A stretch of DNA of 57,397 bases from an uncultured Gammaproteobacteria bacterium (GTDB lineage: Bacteria; Patescibacteriota; Patescibacteriia; UBA1558; GWA2-36-10), in assembly GCA_964604515.1 (NCBI GenBank), contig CAZRZA010000003.1, positions 1-57,397 on the forward strand, given 5' to 3'. A model generated the notes under the pieces. It did not search any database, was not told the origin of the DNA, and worked only from the letters and a program-made list of their open reading frames with translations. This document shows positions 27,947-36,865 of the stretch, in pieces (the stretch's first letter is position 1; every line of letters begins with the position of its first letter). A program made the position numbers and the translations under genes.

Positions 27947-28224
27947 ATCTTTATTATATTATTTATTCTCTCTCTTTCTCCTTCCAAAACAGGGCCATCA
28001 TAATCTCCGCTATGAGCAGTTTGATCTTGATAACAGTTAGCTTTTTGATCTAAATGTATACTAAATTCTAATCCTTCATTCTTTTCTTTTAAATAAATAT
28101 GAAATCTAGGAAATTCTCTACCCTGTATTCTTCTGCTATAACTCTGGCCATTCCTTAAAGGATGATAGCCTAGTCTTCTCATTATTTGTAATATATTAAA
28201 TTGTCCAGATACTATAAATTTCAT
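27943..28224 (-). CDS. Hypothetical 93-aa protein
   Basis: ORF coupled by overlaps to proS and rseP. No recognised motif. Confidence 0.6.
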   Translation of the reverse strand: MKFIVSGQFNILQIMRRLGYHPLRNGQSYSRRIQGREFPRFHIYLKEKNEGLEFSIHLDQKANCYQDQTAHSGDYDGPVLEGERERINNIIKI

Positions 28225-29339
28225 TAAAATATATTCTTAATACCCTCGATAAAGTCTAGGCCATATTTACCAATATCTCTAAAAGTAACTACTAATATTA
28301 AAGCTATTAAAAGAATAAACCCACTATTATGAATAATAGCTTCTGTTTTTGGAGTTATTTTTTTACCTCTTAATTTCTCAATACCAACAAATAATAATCT
28401 GCCCCCATCTAAAGCTGGAAAGGGTAAAATATTAATAACACCTAAGTTAATAGAAAGAATAGCCGCGAATTGTAAAACATATAACCAACCCATTTTAGCT
28501 ACTTGTCCTGCTATTATAGCAACACCAACTGGACCAGATAATTCCTGAGATAATCCTTGACCAGTTATTAAATTTAATAATAAATCTTTAAAGGCAAAAA
28601 CAACATTTTTAATCATGGCTATTGTTACTTCAAAACCATGTCTAATGCTACCTAATAAACTATAGCTTACTATCCCTGTATCTATCAAACCAATACCAAC
28701 TATAGCTTGCTCACCTTCTGTCATAATACTGGGCTCAATATTAAATTCTTTTTCTTCTCCCCTTCTCTCTATCATTAATTTAATACTCTCTTTATTTTCT
28801 TTTATATTAGCAGCTATATTATCATAAACATTATCTGCTTGACCTACTTCCTGATCATTGATACTTAAAATATAATCTCCCATTTCTAAACCACCTAAAT
28901 CAGCAGCACTATTTTCCATTATTTCCATTATAACCACCCCTTTATATTCTATATTCTGGCCAGCTAATTCCCTATCAATAGCTTGTGGTAATCCTAAATA
29001 AAAACCAATAGTTAATAAGATAAAAGCAGAAATAAAATTCATTAATACTCCCGCACTTAGAATAAGACTTCTTTTCCAAGCTTTTTGATTAGCAAAACTA
29101 CGAATATCATCATCATCTTCATCACCATCTTCACCCTTTATCTTTACAAAGCCACCTAAAGGTATCCAATTCAAAGAATATTTAACCCCTTCTCTTTCAA
29201 TGCTAAATATCTTTGGAGGAAAACCAATGCCGAATTCCTCAACATCAACCCCTAATTTAATGGCCGTGATAAAATGCCCTAGCTCATGAACTAAAACTAA
29301 AAAACCTAAAACTAATACGAATGTAATAAGTGTTAACAT
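28224..29339 (-). CDS. rseP: RIP metalloprotease RseP (M50, site-2 protease)
   Basis: HELGHF, a PDZ segment, and the LDGG motif (PALDGGRL). Confidence 0.92.
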   Translation of the reverse strand: MLTLITFVLVLGFLVLVHELGHFITAIKLGVDVEEFGIGFPPKIFSIEREGVKYSLNWIPLGGFVKIKGEDGDEDDDDIRSFANQKAWKRSLILSAGVLMNFISAFILLTIGFYLGLPQAIDRELAGQNIEYKGVVIMEIMENSAADLGGLEMGDYILSINDQEVGQADNVYDNIAANIKENKESIKLMIERRGEEKEFNIEPSIMTEGEQAIVGIGLIDTGIVSYSLLGSIRHGFEVTIAMIKNVVFAFKDLLLNLITGQGLSQELSGPVGVAIIAGQVAKMGWLYVLQFAAILSINLGVINILPFPALDGGRLLFVGIEKLRGKKITPKTEAIIHNSGFILLIALILVVTFRDIGKYGLDFIEGIKNIF

Positions 29340-29340
29340 A

Positions 29341-29895
29341 CTAAATTGTCATTATTTCTTTTTCTTTTTCCTCACCAATAACTTTTATTTTCTCATTATA
29401 ATCCCTGATTAAATCATCTAATTCTTTCAAAGAAGTAAATTTTTCATCTTCTCCTATTTCTTTGCTCTTTTCTAAACTAATAATAGCTTCTTTTAATTTA
29501 TCTCTTTGCTTTCTTAAAGATATCTTTGCTTCCTCTAATTTCTTAGCCAAAACCTTTACCAATTCTTTTCTACTCTCTTCTGTTAATTGGGGAAAATTTA
29601 ATCTTATTAAATCTTCATCAATAATAGGGTTTACATTTAAATCAGAATTAGACAAAGCTCTTTCTATATCTTTTAATATCCCCTTGTCCCAGGGCTTAAT
29701 ACTAATAGTTCTTGGTTCAGGAGAAGATATAGCTGCCAAATGCATTAATTCTGATTTAGTGCCATATGATTCTACCATTATCTTTTCTACTATACTAGGT
29801 GACACCCTACCTGTTCTCAAAGAAGAAATGTTCTCTTTCAAGAATTCTATAGTTTTTTCAAATTGATTCTTATTGTCTTCTATAATTGTATTCAT
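29341..29895 (-). CDS. frr: Ribosome recycling factor
   Basis: Typical Frr sequence: LRTGRVSPSIVEKI...NLRKQRDK. Confidence 0.93.
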   Translation of the reverse strand: MNTIIEDNKNQFEKTIEFLKENISSLRTGRVSPSIVEKIMVESYGTKSELMHLAAISSPEPRTISIKPWDKGILKDIERALSNSDLNVNPIIDEDLIRLNFPQLTEESRKELVKVLAKKLEEAKISLRKQRDKLKEAIISLEKSKEIGEDEKFTSLKELDDLIRDYNEKIKVIGEEKEKEIMTI

Positions 29896-29899
29896 ATTA

Positions 29900-30988
29900 T
29901 TATTTTATTTTATAAACTCCTAAATATATATATTTACCATCTGGAGAAAACTTTAATTCTCCTGGTTTTTGTGAACTTGGTAAAGATTTAACCTGCCAAT
30001 TAAAACCATTATCTAAAGAATGATATAAAGCAGAAGAAGTAATATATATTATTTCTGAACCATTATCTTTATTAACAATAATATCATATACTTTCTCTTC
30101 ATTAGGAGCTGTTAATAATTTTAATTGCTGCCACTTTAAACCATCCAATAATCTAAAAATACCAATTTTATTAGCATAAATCAAGCCATCTCCAACACTT
30201 TTATCTAATTCTATATCTAATGCTACCTTTGAGTCTCTTACTTCTTTAAAGATAATAGGTTCTGTGTCCTCTGTTTCTGTCATAATAACCTCTAAATCCA
30301 TTAAATTGGTCCAAACACTGTCATTATTATTACTCTTGTAAATACCAGCAGATTGAGTAGCTATATAAATAATATCTTGACCAGCTATATTCTGTATTAA
30401 TATTTTATTAATACTATTCTCAAATCTTTTTATAACATTCCAAGATATACCAGCATTATTACTCTTTAATAAATCACCAGCTGAAGTACCAGCATAAATA
30501 ATATTAGAATTATTATAATTTATATTTAAAGAAGTAATAAATTCATTTTCTCCTGTTTCAAAATAAATAGCAGACCAATGACGAGAACAATCATTTGTTT
30601 TATAAATAGTATTATGAAGAGCTGCATATATTAGACATTTATTATTCGGATCAATAACCAAATCATTAACCCTACCCTTACCGTATAAACTATTAAACCA
30701 ACCCTCTCCTTGATTATAGCTATATAATATACCATCATTATTACTAGCTAAATAAATAGCTTGCTCATCATTATAATCAAGGATTATTTTATTAATATTA
30801 GATCTATTAAAAACAGCCGTACTATCACCTATTGTATATAAAATATTTTTCTTTTCCCAACTTTCTCCTAAATCAGAGCTTCTAAAAAAACCACCAATAT
30901 CAGTTAAATCTTTCTGACTAATATTAATACAACCAGATAAGACTATGCTTAGAACAAAGAAAAGACTAATTATTTTTATTTTTTTCAT
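29900..30988 (-). CDS. Lipoprotein with BNR/Asp-box beta-propeller repeats
   Basis: Lipobox LSGC. There are at least 6 S-x-D/N-x-G-x-x-W-like repeats (SSDLGESW, SYNQGEGW, SNNAGISW, SNNNDSVW, SLDNGFNW). Confidence 0.8.
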   Translation of the reverse strand: MKKIKIISLFFVLSIVLSGCINISQKDLTDIGGFFRSSDLGESWEKKNILYTIGDSTAVFNRSNINKIILDYNDEQAIYLASNNDGILYSYNQGEGWFNSLYGKGRVNDLVIDPNNKCLIYAALHNTIYKTNDCSRHWSAIYFETGENEFITSLNINYNNSNIIYAGTSAGDLLKSNNAGISWNVIKRFENSINKILIQNIAGQDIIYIATQSAGIYKSNNNDSVWTNLMDLEVIMTETEDTEPIIFKEVRDSKVALDIELDKSVGDGLIYANKIGIFRLLDGLKWQQLKLLTAPNEEKVYDIIVNKDNGSEIIYITSSALYHSLDNGFNWQVKSLPSSQKPGELKFSPDGKYIYLGVYKIK

Positions 30989-30989
30989 T

Positions 30990-31988
30990 TTATTTTATAC
31001 TTAATAATAAATTCTCCCATAATAATTGTGGTGAGATATTATATTTTAATTTATTCTTTAAATTATATATATTAAGTAAATTATTTAATAAATTCTCTTT
31101 TTCAAACTTATTACTTAAAGTACTTAGTTTGTCTTGATAAAGATTATTGACTATTTTCCTATTTAATTTTAGCCACAATAAATCTCTTAAAAATAACTCT
31201 ATTAAATCTAAATACTTTTTTGTTAAGAAGCCTAATTCCTGTACTTTAGATCCCGGATTATCTTTTTTTAATTTAGCAAACCATTTATCTATACTCTGTA
31301 AATAATTAAAAGTATTATTTTCTAATAAATCTAAAATAAAATCTGAATCTTTTTTAAAGCTTTCTAAGTTATCTTTTAAATAAGTTAAAGCTAAACCTGG
31401 CCTACCAAAAGATAAATTAATTATAGTCTCTTTTTCTTCTTTTTCAATATCATAATTCTCTAACCACTTAGACATATCTTCTTTATTCAAAGCTTGAAAC
31501 TTAATACTCTGAGAACGAGATAAAATAGTAATTGGTAAATTAACTATACTATCTGCTATTAATATCACTGTTGTACCCTCTGGAGGTTCTTCTAAGGTCT
31601 TTAATAAAGCATTAGCACCTTTTATATTAATTTTATCTATATTATAGATAATGGCTATTTTTCTCTTATTACCAATTCTAAATAAAGCTAATTTACTCAA
31701 AAACTCCCTAATATTATCAATACTTAAGTCTTCGTTCTGACCTAAGGTTAATAAATTTAAATAAATATTCTTTTCTATCATTTTACAATTATGACACTTT
31801 AAACAAGGCTTAGTATTATCTTCACAAAAAATAGATTTAGTAAAATAATTTACAGTTAATTTCTTCCCTAAACCAGGAGATCCGTAGAATAAATAAGTAT
31901 TAGCTAATTTATTATTATTTAATACTCCTTGCAAAAAATTTATTTGTCTTTGTTGACCATAAATAGGCCATTTATATTTATTTAACAT
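30990..31988 (-). CDS. holB: DNA polymerase III subunit delta'
   Basis: Degenerate P-loop GSPGLGKK, CLKCHNC Zn module, LKTLEEPP, SRSQ. Confidence 0.85.
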   Translation of the reverse strand: MLNKYKWPIYGQQRQINFLQGVLNNNKLANTYLFYGSPGLGKKLTVNYFTKSIFCEDNTKPCLKCHNCKMIEKNIYLNLLTLGQNEDLSIDNIREFLSKLALFRIGNKRKIAIIYNIDKINIKGANALLKTLEEPPEGTTVILIADSIVNLPITILSRSQSIKFQALNKEDMSKWLENYDIEKEEKETIINLSFGRPGLALTYLKDNLESFKKDSDFILDLLENNTFNYLQSIDKWFAKLKKDNPGSKVQELGFLTKKYLDLIELFLRDLLWLKLNRKIVNNLYQDKLSTLSNKFEKENLLNNLLNIYNLKNKLKYNISPQLLWENLLLSIK

Positions 31989-32022
31989 TAAGATAATAAT
32001 ACCATTATTATCCTCATCTAAT

Positions 32023-32057
32023 CAAGAAAAAAACCACTATTTTTATAATAGTGGTTT
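32023..32057 (-). terminator. Intrinsic terminator overlapping the stop codon of gene 32043..32225
   Basis: AAACCACTAT / ATAGTGGTTT 10-bp stem. On the minus strand it is followed by an 8-T run. Confidence 0.75.
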
Positions 32058-32225
32058 TACTCTTTTTGTAGCTACTTTTTCTTGTAATACTTTTAATCTT
32101 TTTTTGGTTTGTGCTATTAAATTTTCAGAAACAATAGTATAATCTTTTGTTTCTTTGCCAATACCAACTTTTTCAAAGTATTCGATTCTATCTTCATAGA
32201 ATTTTATCAACTCTATTGTATCCAT
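32043..32225 (-). CDS. Hypothetical 60-aa protein in a stand-alone transcription unit
   Basis: Its own TTGACA-17-TATTAT promoter, SD AAAGGAG and terminator. Confidence 0.65.
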   Translation of the reverse strand: MDTIELIKFYEDRIEYFEKVGIGKETKDYTIVSENLIAQTKKRLKVLQEKVATKRVKPLL

Positions 32226-32269
32226 GTTTTCTCCTTTTTGTTATTACACTAATGAACTAAGTACATAAT

Positions 32270-32298
32270 ATAATAGTATAAAAGAAAGAAAGTGTCAA
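32270..32298 (-). promoter_or_regulatory. Promoter TTGACA-17-TATTAT for the 60-aa gene
   Basis: Read directly on the minus strand. Confidence 0.65.
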
Positions 32299-32302
32299 TA
32301 TA

Positions 32303-32677
32303 TTATCCTAAAAAACCATAATAAGCAAAGAATAGTCCTATAATCATAATAAAAATACCCCAAGATTTAGTATTTCTATAATAATTCTTAAAACGAAGCA
32401 TAAATTGAGGATTAGCTAATAATAAGATACCTTTCAAGGTAGCCATCCAACCAACAATAGTAATTACAACAGTCCAGTCTTTAACCCAAATATTATGATA
32501 TTCTATTAAAAACATACCAATAATAAGAGTCATAATTCCCCCTAAATAAACTAAGGCTGAAGAATTTTCAAAATCTTCAATCATTTTCTTTATATTCATC
32601 TGACCATTCCACATATTAAAACCAACGGCTAAATAAGCTAAACCTAATATCTTAGCTATAAAAATTGATAATTCCAT
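32303..32677 (-). CDS. Small membrane protein (4 TM), unknown function
   Basis: Hydrophobic periodicity; ORF track. Confidence 0.65.
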   Translation of the reverse strand: MELSIFIAKILGLAYLAVGFNMWNGQMNIKKMIEDFENSSALVYLGGIMTLIIGMFLIEYHNIWVKDWTVVITIVGWMATLKGILLLANPQFMLRFKNYYRNTKSWGIFIMIIGLFFAYYGFLG

Positions 32678-32682
32678 ATTTT

Positions 32683-33075
32683 TTATTTTAATTTATTAAT
32701 TATATCTTTTAATATATTAATATTAGCATTTAAATCTACTTTATACCAACTACTATAGACTCCTTTTTCTTTTAAAATATTTATTTCTTCCGGAAAAACA
32801 TAATCATCTAACCATTTAAAATCTTTAGTAAAATCTATCGCTTCTGTTTTATGGGTACTCCAATTAGTTTCTTTTATCTTTTCTAAATACTTTATTAAAT
32901 TAGGAGCTAAGTATCTTTTTAATAAATTTACTGTATATTCTTTGTCTCCCTTACAATGGGTAGTTAACCAATATACAGTATGATTATCTGTAATATATTT
33001 AAGGAACTCTTCTAAGTTAGGAGTTACTACTCCTCTTTTTAATATTACTCCATCTATATCTAAATAAATATTCAT
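32683..33075 (-). CDS. HAD-superfamily phosphatase/nucleotidase-like protein
   Basis: N-terminal DxDGV motif (YLDIDGVIL), small size, downstream ...WLDDY. Confidence 0.6.
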   Translation of the reverse strand: MNIYLDIDGVILKRGVVTPNLEEFLKYITDNHTVYWLTTHCKGDKEYTVNLLKRYLAPNLIKYLEKIKETNWSTHKTEAIDFTKDFKWLDDYVFPEEINILKEKGVYSSWYKVDLNANINILKDIINKLK

Positions 33076-33566
33076 TATTTCTTTAAACCCTTATAAATAA
33101 ACCAATCTTCTTTATTTATTTCATGAAAATAATCTGCTTCTTCAATTAATAAGCGAGAAGCAGTTCTTTTAACAGCAGCTATCTCTACTCTAACTCCTTC
33201 TCCTCTTAAATGAGCTACTAAATCAATATAATCTGAATCTCCAGACATAATAATAATAGTATCTACTTTAGAAGCTAATTGAGTAGCTTTAATTGTTAAA
33301 GGAATATCTGCTGATTTATGACAAGGTATTACTGATCCATAGTAATTCTCATGTAATCTTTCTGCTAATTTAGCTGAAATAACCCTTCCTTCACGAAAGT
33401 ATAATAATCTATTTAATCCCCTTTCATTTAATAGTCTAGGAATTAGAGTATCAAAATTAATCATAGTATGTTTTGATTTAGAAATCTTATGAATACTCAT
33501 TTCAATATTATTTCCATCACAAAGTATAGCTACAGATTGATTGATAAATAAGTCATTTATTTTCAT
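33075..33566 (-). CDS. NYN (LabA/DUF88-like) domain protein, predicted RNase fold
   Basis: VAILCDGNN...MSGDSDYIDLVAHLRGEGVRVEIAAV is typical of NYN/LabA proteins. Confidence 0.78.
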   Translation of the reverse strand: MKINDLFINQSVAILCDGNNIEMSIHKISKSKHTMINFDTLIPRLLNERGLNRLLYFREGRVISAKLAERLHENYYGSVIPCHKSADIPLTIKATQLASKVDTIIIMSGDSDYIDLVAHLRGEGVRVEIAAVKRTASRLLIEEADYFHEINKEDWFIYKGLKK

Positions 33567-33575
33567 AGTTTTTAT

Positions 33576-33980
33576 TTAATTATTTAATTCCCTATCCAAA
33601 GCTTTATTAACTAAAGCATCAGCTTCTTTATTATACTCTCTTCTAATATGAGAAAAAGTAATTTTTTTAAACTTTAAAGTTAAATTATGTATTTTAATAA
33701 ATATTTTAGCTAATTCTTTATTCTTTACTTTATATTCTCTATTAAGTTGTTTAACTACTAATTCAGAATCTAAATAACAGTCTAGTGTATTTATATTATG
33801 TTCTAAAGCTAATTCTATACCTTTTAGTATAGCTAAGTACTCAGCTTGATTATTAGTACCCTTACCAATATAAGAAGAAAAAGAAGAAAAAAGTTTATCA
33901 TCTTTATATAATACTCCTCCAATACCTGCTGGTCCAGGATTACCTCTGGCTCCTCCATCTGTATATAGTTTATAATTCAT
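33576..33980 (-). CDS. rnhA: Ribonuclease HI
   Basis: YTDGGARGNPGPAGIGGVL...NNQAEY...DSELVVKQ...REYNKEAD (DEDD catalytic pattern). Confidence 0.9.
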   Translation of the reverse strand: MNYKLYTDGGARGNPGPAGIGGVLYKDDKLFSSFSSYIGKGTNNQAEYLAILKGIELALEHNINTLDCYLDSELVVKQLNREYKVKNKELAKIFIKIHNLTLKFKKITFSHIRREYNKEADALVNKALDRELNN

Positions 33981-33985
33981 TTTGT

Positions 33986-34014
33986 TTGACTTATTACCTT
34001 TATGTTATTATATT
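33986..34014 (+). promoter_or_regulatory. Promoter TTGACT-17-TATATT pointing into the rnhA/34085 intergenic island
   Basis: Read directly. The predicted TSS near 34021 coincides with the start of a GC-richer 60-nt block. Confidence 0.5.
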
Positions 34015-34020
34015 TATATA

Positions 34021-34087
34021 AGTGTTAGTGAGAGTTTTGGCTCTCAAGCGGTCCCTCATTGAAAACTGCAGACTAACGCTTTTTTTA
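34021..34087 (+). ncRNA. Candidate ~65-nt small RNA (unknown family)
   Basis: Closing helix AGTGTTAGT/ACTAACGCT, inner hairpin GAGAG-TTTTGG-CTCTC, and a 3' T7 run. It is locally GC-rich against an AT-rich background and antiparallel to all neighbouring genes. Confidence 0.45.
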
Positions 34088-34558
34088 TTTATCTAGATTT
34101 TTAGTAGAGAATATCTTATTTCCATCTTTACTAATACTCCAATATGGATAAACGGTTAGAAAAGATGGCTCAACACCTTCAATTTGTTTAATAACAAATT
34201 TAAATTTTATATCTAAGTTAATTAATAATACCACAAAAGCAAAATATTCTACATTCTTTAATCTTTTTTCCCAACGAGAATTAATGTTCTGTTTAATAAA
34301 AGTTTGTTTCTTTTCATATTCTTGTAGAATATGACATTTTTTTATTACTTCAACTTCTTTTGGTATTAATCTTAATCTAATATATTGTTGATGAATAGAA
34401 CGACCCTTGTTCCAAGATCTTCTTAATGTATGCTCAAAACCTTCTTTATTAAAATGAACTCCTTTATTTAAATAAGGGCATTTAATGGTACCTATATTAT
34501 TATAATATTCTTTAGTATCTTTCTTTAGTTTTTCTAACCTTTCTTCGCTTATCTTCAT
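34085..34558 (-). CDS. Hypothetical 157-aa basic protein
   Basis: ORF track only; no motif I can name. Confidence 0.6.
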   Translation of the reverse strand: MKISEERLEKLKKDTKEYYNNIGTIKCPYLNKGVHFNKEGFEHTLRRSWNKGRSIHQQYIRLRLIPKEVEVIKKCHILQEYEKKQTFIKQNINSRWEKRLKNVEYFAFVVLLINLDIKFKFVIKQIEGVEPSFLTVYPYWSISKDGNKIFSTKNLDK

Positions 34559-34783
34559 GCAATAACTTATCTATCTATACTATATTATTTATTAAAATAA
34601 GTAAAATAAAAACCTTTAACAAGGTCTTTACTTCTATATATTTAATTAATTTATATTTCAACTATCTGGAATTTCCGGATGATTCATTATACCTATATCA
34701 GTTGTTGCATTTTTTGTAACAACTAAACTTTCTACCTAATATCCCATATCTCCATTTTTAACTATTTTCGGAGATATAAATAT

Positions 34784-36478
34784 CTACATCTCCACATCAA
34801 CCTTAATATCTTTAATTATTAATTGTATTTGTCTATTACCATTCCATTCATTAATACTTAAATTATACACTATATTAACCTTATCTCCTACCTTTAATTC
34901 TTTAAAAGCTAAAGAAAAACCAATACAATTTATTTTCTTATTATCTTTCATTAATTCTAATTTAAGATGTTTTTCATCTGCTCCTACTTTCTTTAAATTA
35001 GTAATAATAATATCTTTAGATAAAAATAGAGGTTCTTCATTATCTTTACCAAAAGGTTTAAATTTATTAACTAATTCTACTAATGGCCAATTAATATCAG
35101 AAAAATTAATTTCTAATTCTATATCTAATTCTGGTTTAGGGTCTATATCTTTTAATTCTTTATTAGTTATTTTAATAATACCCTCTTTAAATTGCTCTAA
35201 ATTATTTTCTTTTAAAGAAAAGCCACAAGCCTGAGGATGTCCACCAAATCTTAATAAACTATCTTTTACTCCTTCTAATGCTTGCGTAACATTAAATTCT
35301 TTAATACTTCTGCCGGAACCCACTAAATCTTTAGTTTCTTTATTCTCTGTAATTACTAAACAAGGTCTATTATATTTACGAAGTAATTTAGAGGCTACTA
35401 ATCCTGTTAAACCAGCAGACCATTCTTTATTAAAGAATATTAATATCTTATCATCTAAATTTAATTTTAAAGCTAAGGCTTGTCTAAACATAGTTTCGGT
35501 AATCTTTTGTCTTTCTTTATTAGAATTATCTAATTCTAAAGCTAATTGATATGCTTTCTCTCTACTTTCTTCTTTTAAGAGATAATATGCTAAATTAGCA
35601 TGATCCATTCTACCGGCAGCATTAATACGAGGAGCAATACTAAAGCCTATACTTCTGGTATTTATTTCTTTAAGATTACATACTTTTATTAAGTTCTGTA
35701 AGCCTATTCTCCTTGTTTTCTCTAAAACTATTAAACCATATTTAAGGAGGGTTCTATTCTCCCCTAATAAAGGCATCATATCTGCAACAGTTGCTATGGC
35801 TACCATATCTAGAAGCCACTTCTCTTGCTCTCTCTCCACCTTTTTGTTCTTTTTGCTATGTAATAACCCTTGGGCTAATTTAAAGGCAACACCACCCCCT
35901 GCTAATCCTTTAAAGGGATACTGTTTATCTACTTTAGGGTGAATGATGCTATAGGCTAGGGGTAATTCCTTAGGAACAGTATGATGATCAGTAATAATAA
36001 CATCTATCTTATTATCTTGAGCCTCTTTTATCTCTTTATTACTAGAAATACCACAATCAACGGTTATGATAACTTTAGTATTATTTTCTTTAAATTCTTT
36101 GACAGCTTTTTTACTTAAACCATAGCCATCTTTTTCTCGATGAGGTAAATATACTTCTACTTGAGCTCCTAAAGATAATAATACTTCTCTTAAGATTATA
36201 GCTGCTGAAACTCCATCGGCATCATAGTCTCCAAAAATAGTTATTAATTCTTTATCAGTAATAGCTTTATATAGTCTCTCTGTAGCTTTTTCCATATCAG
36301 AAAATAAATAAGGATCATGTATGTCCTGACTATAGTCTGGATTAAGGAATTCATCTATTTTTTCTTGCGTATCTAATCCTCTATTAGACAGTAACTGAAC
36401 TACAACCGGATGTAGTTCCGGAAAATTATTAATAATCTCTTTATTTACTTTATTACTTTGTTTCCAAGTATATTCCAT
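34784..36478 (-). CDS. recJ: Single-stranded-DNA-specific exonuclease RecJ (start moved to MEYTWKQ; the track ORF extends to 36511)
   Basis: DHH motifs (GDYDADGV, DCGISS, ITDHH) and DHHA1 GGHPQACG. Confidence 0.9.
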   Translation of the reverse strand: MEYTWKQSNKVNKEIINNFPELHPVVVQLLSNRGLDTQEKIDEFLNPDYSQDIHDPYLFSDMEKATERLYKAITDKELITIFGDYDADGVSAAIILREVLLSLGAQVEVYLPHREKDGYGLSKKAVKEFKENNTKVIITVDCGISSNKEIKEAQDNKIDVIITDHHTVPKELPLAYSIIHPKVDKQYPFKGLAGGGVAFKLAQGLLHSKKNKKVEREQEKWLLDMVAIATVADMMPLLGENRTLLKYGLIVLEKTRRIGLQNLIKVCNLKEINTRSIGFSIAPRINAAGRMDHANLAYYLLKEESREKAYQLALELDNSNKERQKITETMFRQALALKLNLDDKILIFFNKEWSAGLTGLVASKLLRKYNRPCLVITENKETKDLVGSGRSIKEFNVTQALEGVKDSLLRFGGHPQACGFSLKENNLEQFKEGIIKITNKELKDIDPKPELDIELEINFSDINWPLVELVNKFKPFGKDNEEPLFLSKDIIITNLKKVGADEKHLKLELMKDNKKINCIGFSLAFKELKVGDKVNIVYNLSINEWNGNRQIQLIIKDIKVDVEM

Positions 36479-36533
36479 AATTAAAAAACTTAGTAATATC
36501 AATATTACCAAGTTTTATATATTAAGTCTAATT

Positions 36534-36863
36534 CTATTTAATTTTAACAACTTTTATCTTAATTGCTTTTCTTCTTTTTCTTTTTACCTCCTTTGTTTCT
36601 TTTTTTATTTCTTTATCTTTCTTAATCTCAGGAATTAATTCTTTTTGTCTTAAAGCTGATCGTAAAAACCAAAGAGAAAATACTAAAAATACTAAACCTA
36701 ATAAAACAAAATAAAAATAAATATTATCGGTATTCAAGAAAGAAATAGTCTCTGTATTATTCATAATATCTAAATATTCTTCTTGAATATTGATTAAAGA
36801 ATTATTAGCATTTATAAAATCTTCTTCTGTTTTTATTAAATTATCTATAATATTATCCTCCAT
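36534..36863 (-). CDS. Small single-pass membrane protein with a Lys-rich tail
   Basis: ORF track: one TM helix and a KKDKEIKKETKEVKRKRRK tail. Confidence 0.5.
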   Translation of the reverse strand: MEDNIIDNLIKTEEDFINANNSLINIQEEYLDIMNNTETISFLNTDNIYFYFVLLGLVFLVFSLWFLRSALRQKELIPEIKKDKEIKKETKEVKRKRRKAIKIKVVKIK

Positions 36864-36865
36864 AT

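Noticed and set aside
34746-34777. Inverted repeat ATATCTCC...GGAGATAT after recJ as an intrinsic terminator.
   Set aside because: It has a 16-nt loop and no T-run on the minus strand, so it is too weak to call. The same applies to the AGTTGTT...AACAACT hairpin nearby.
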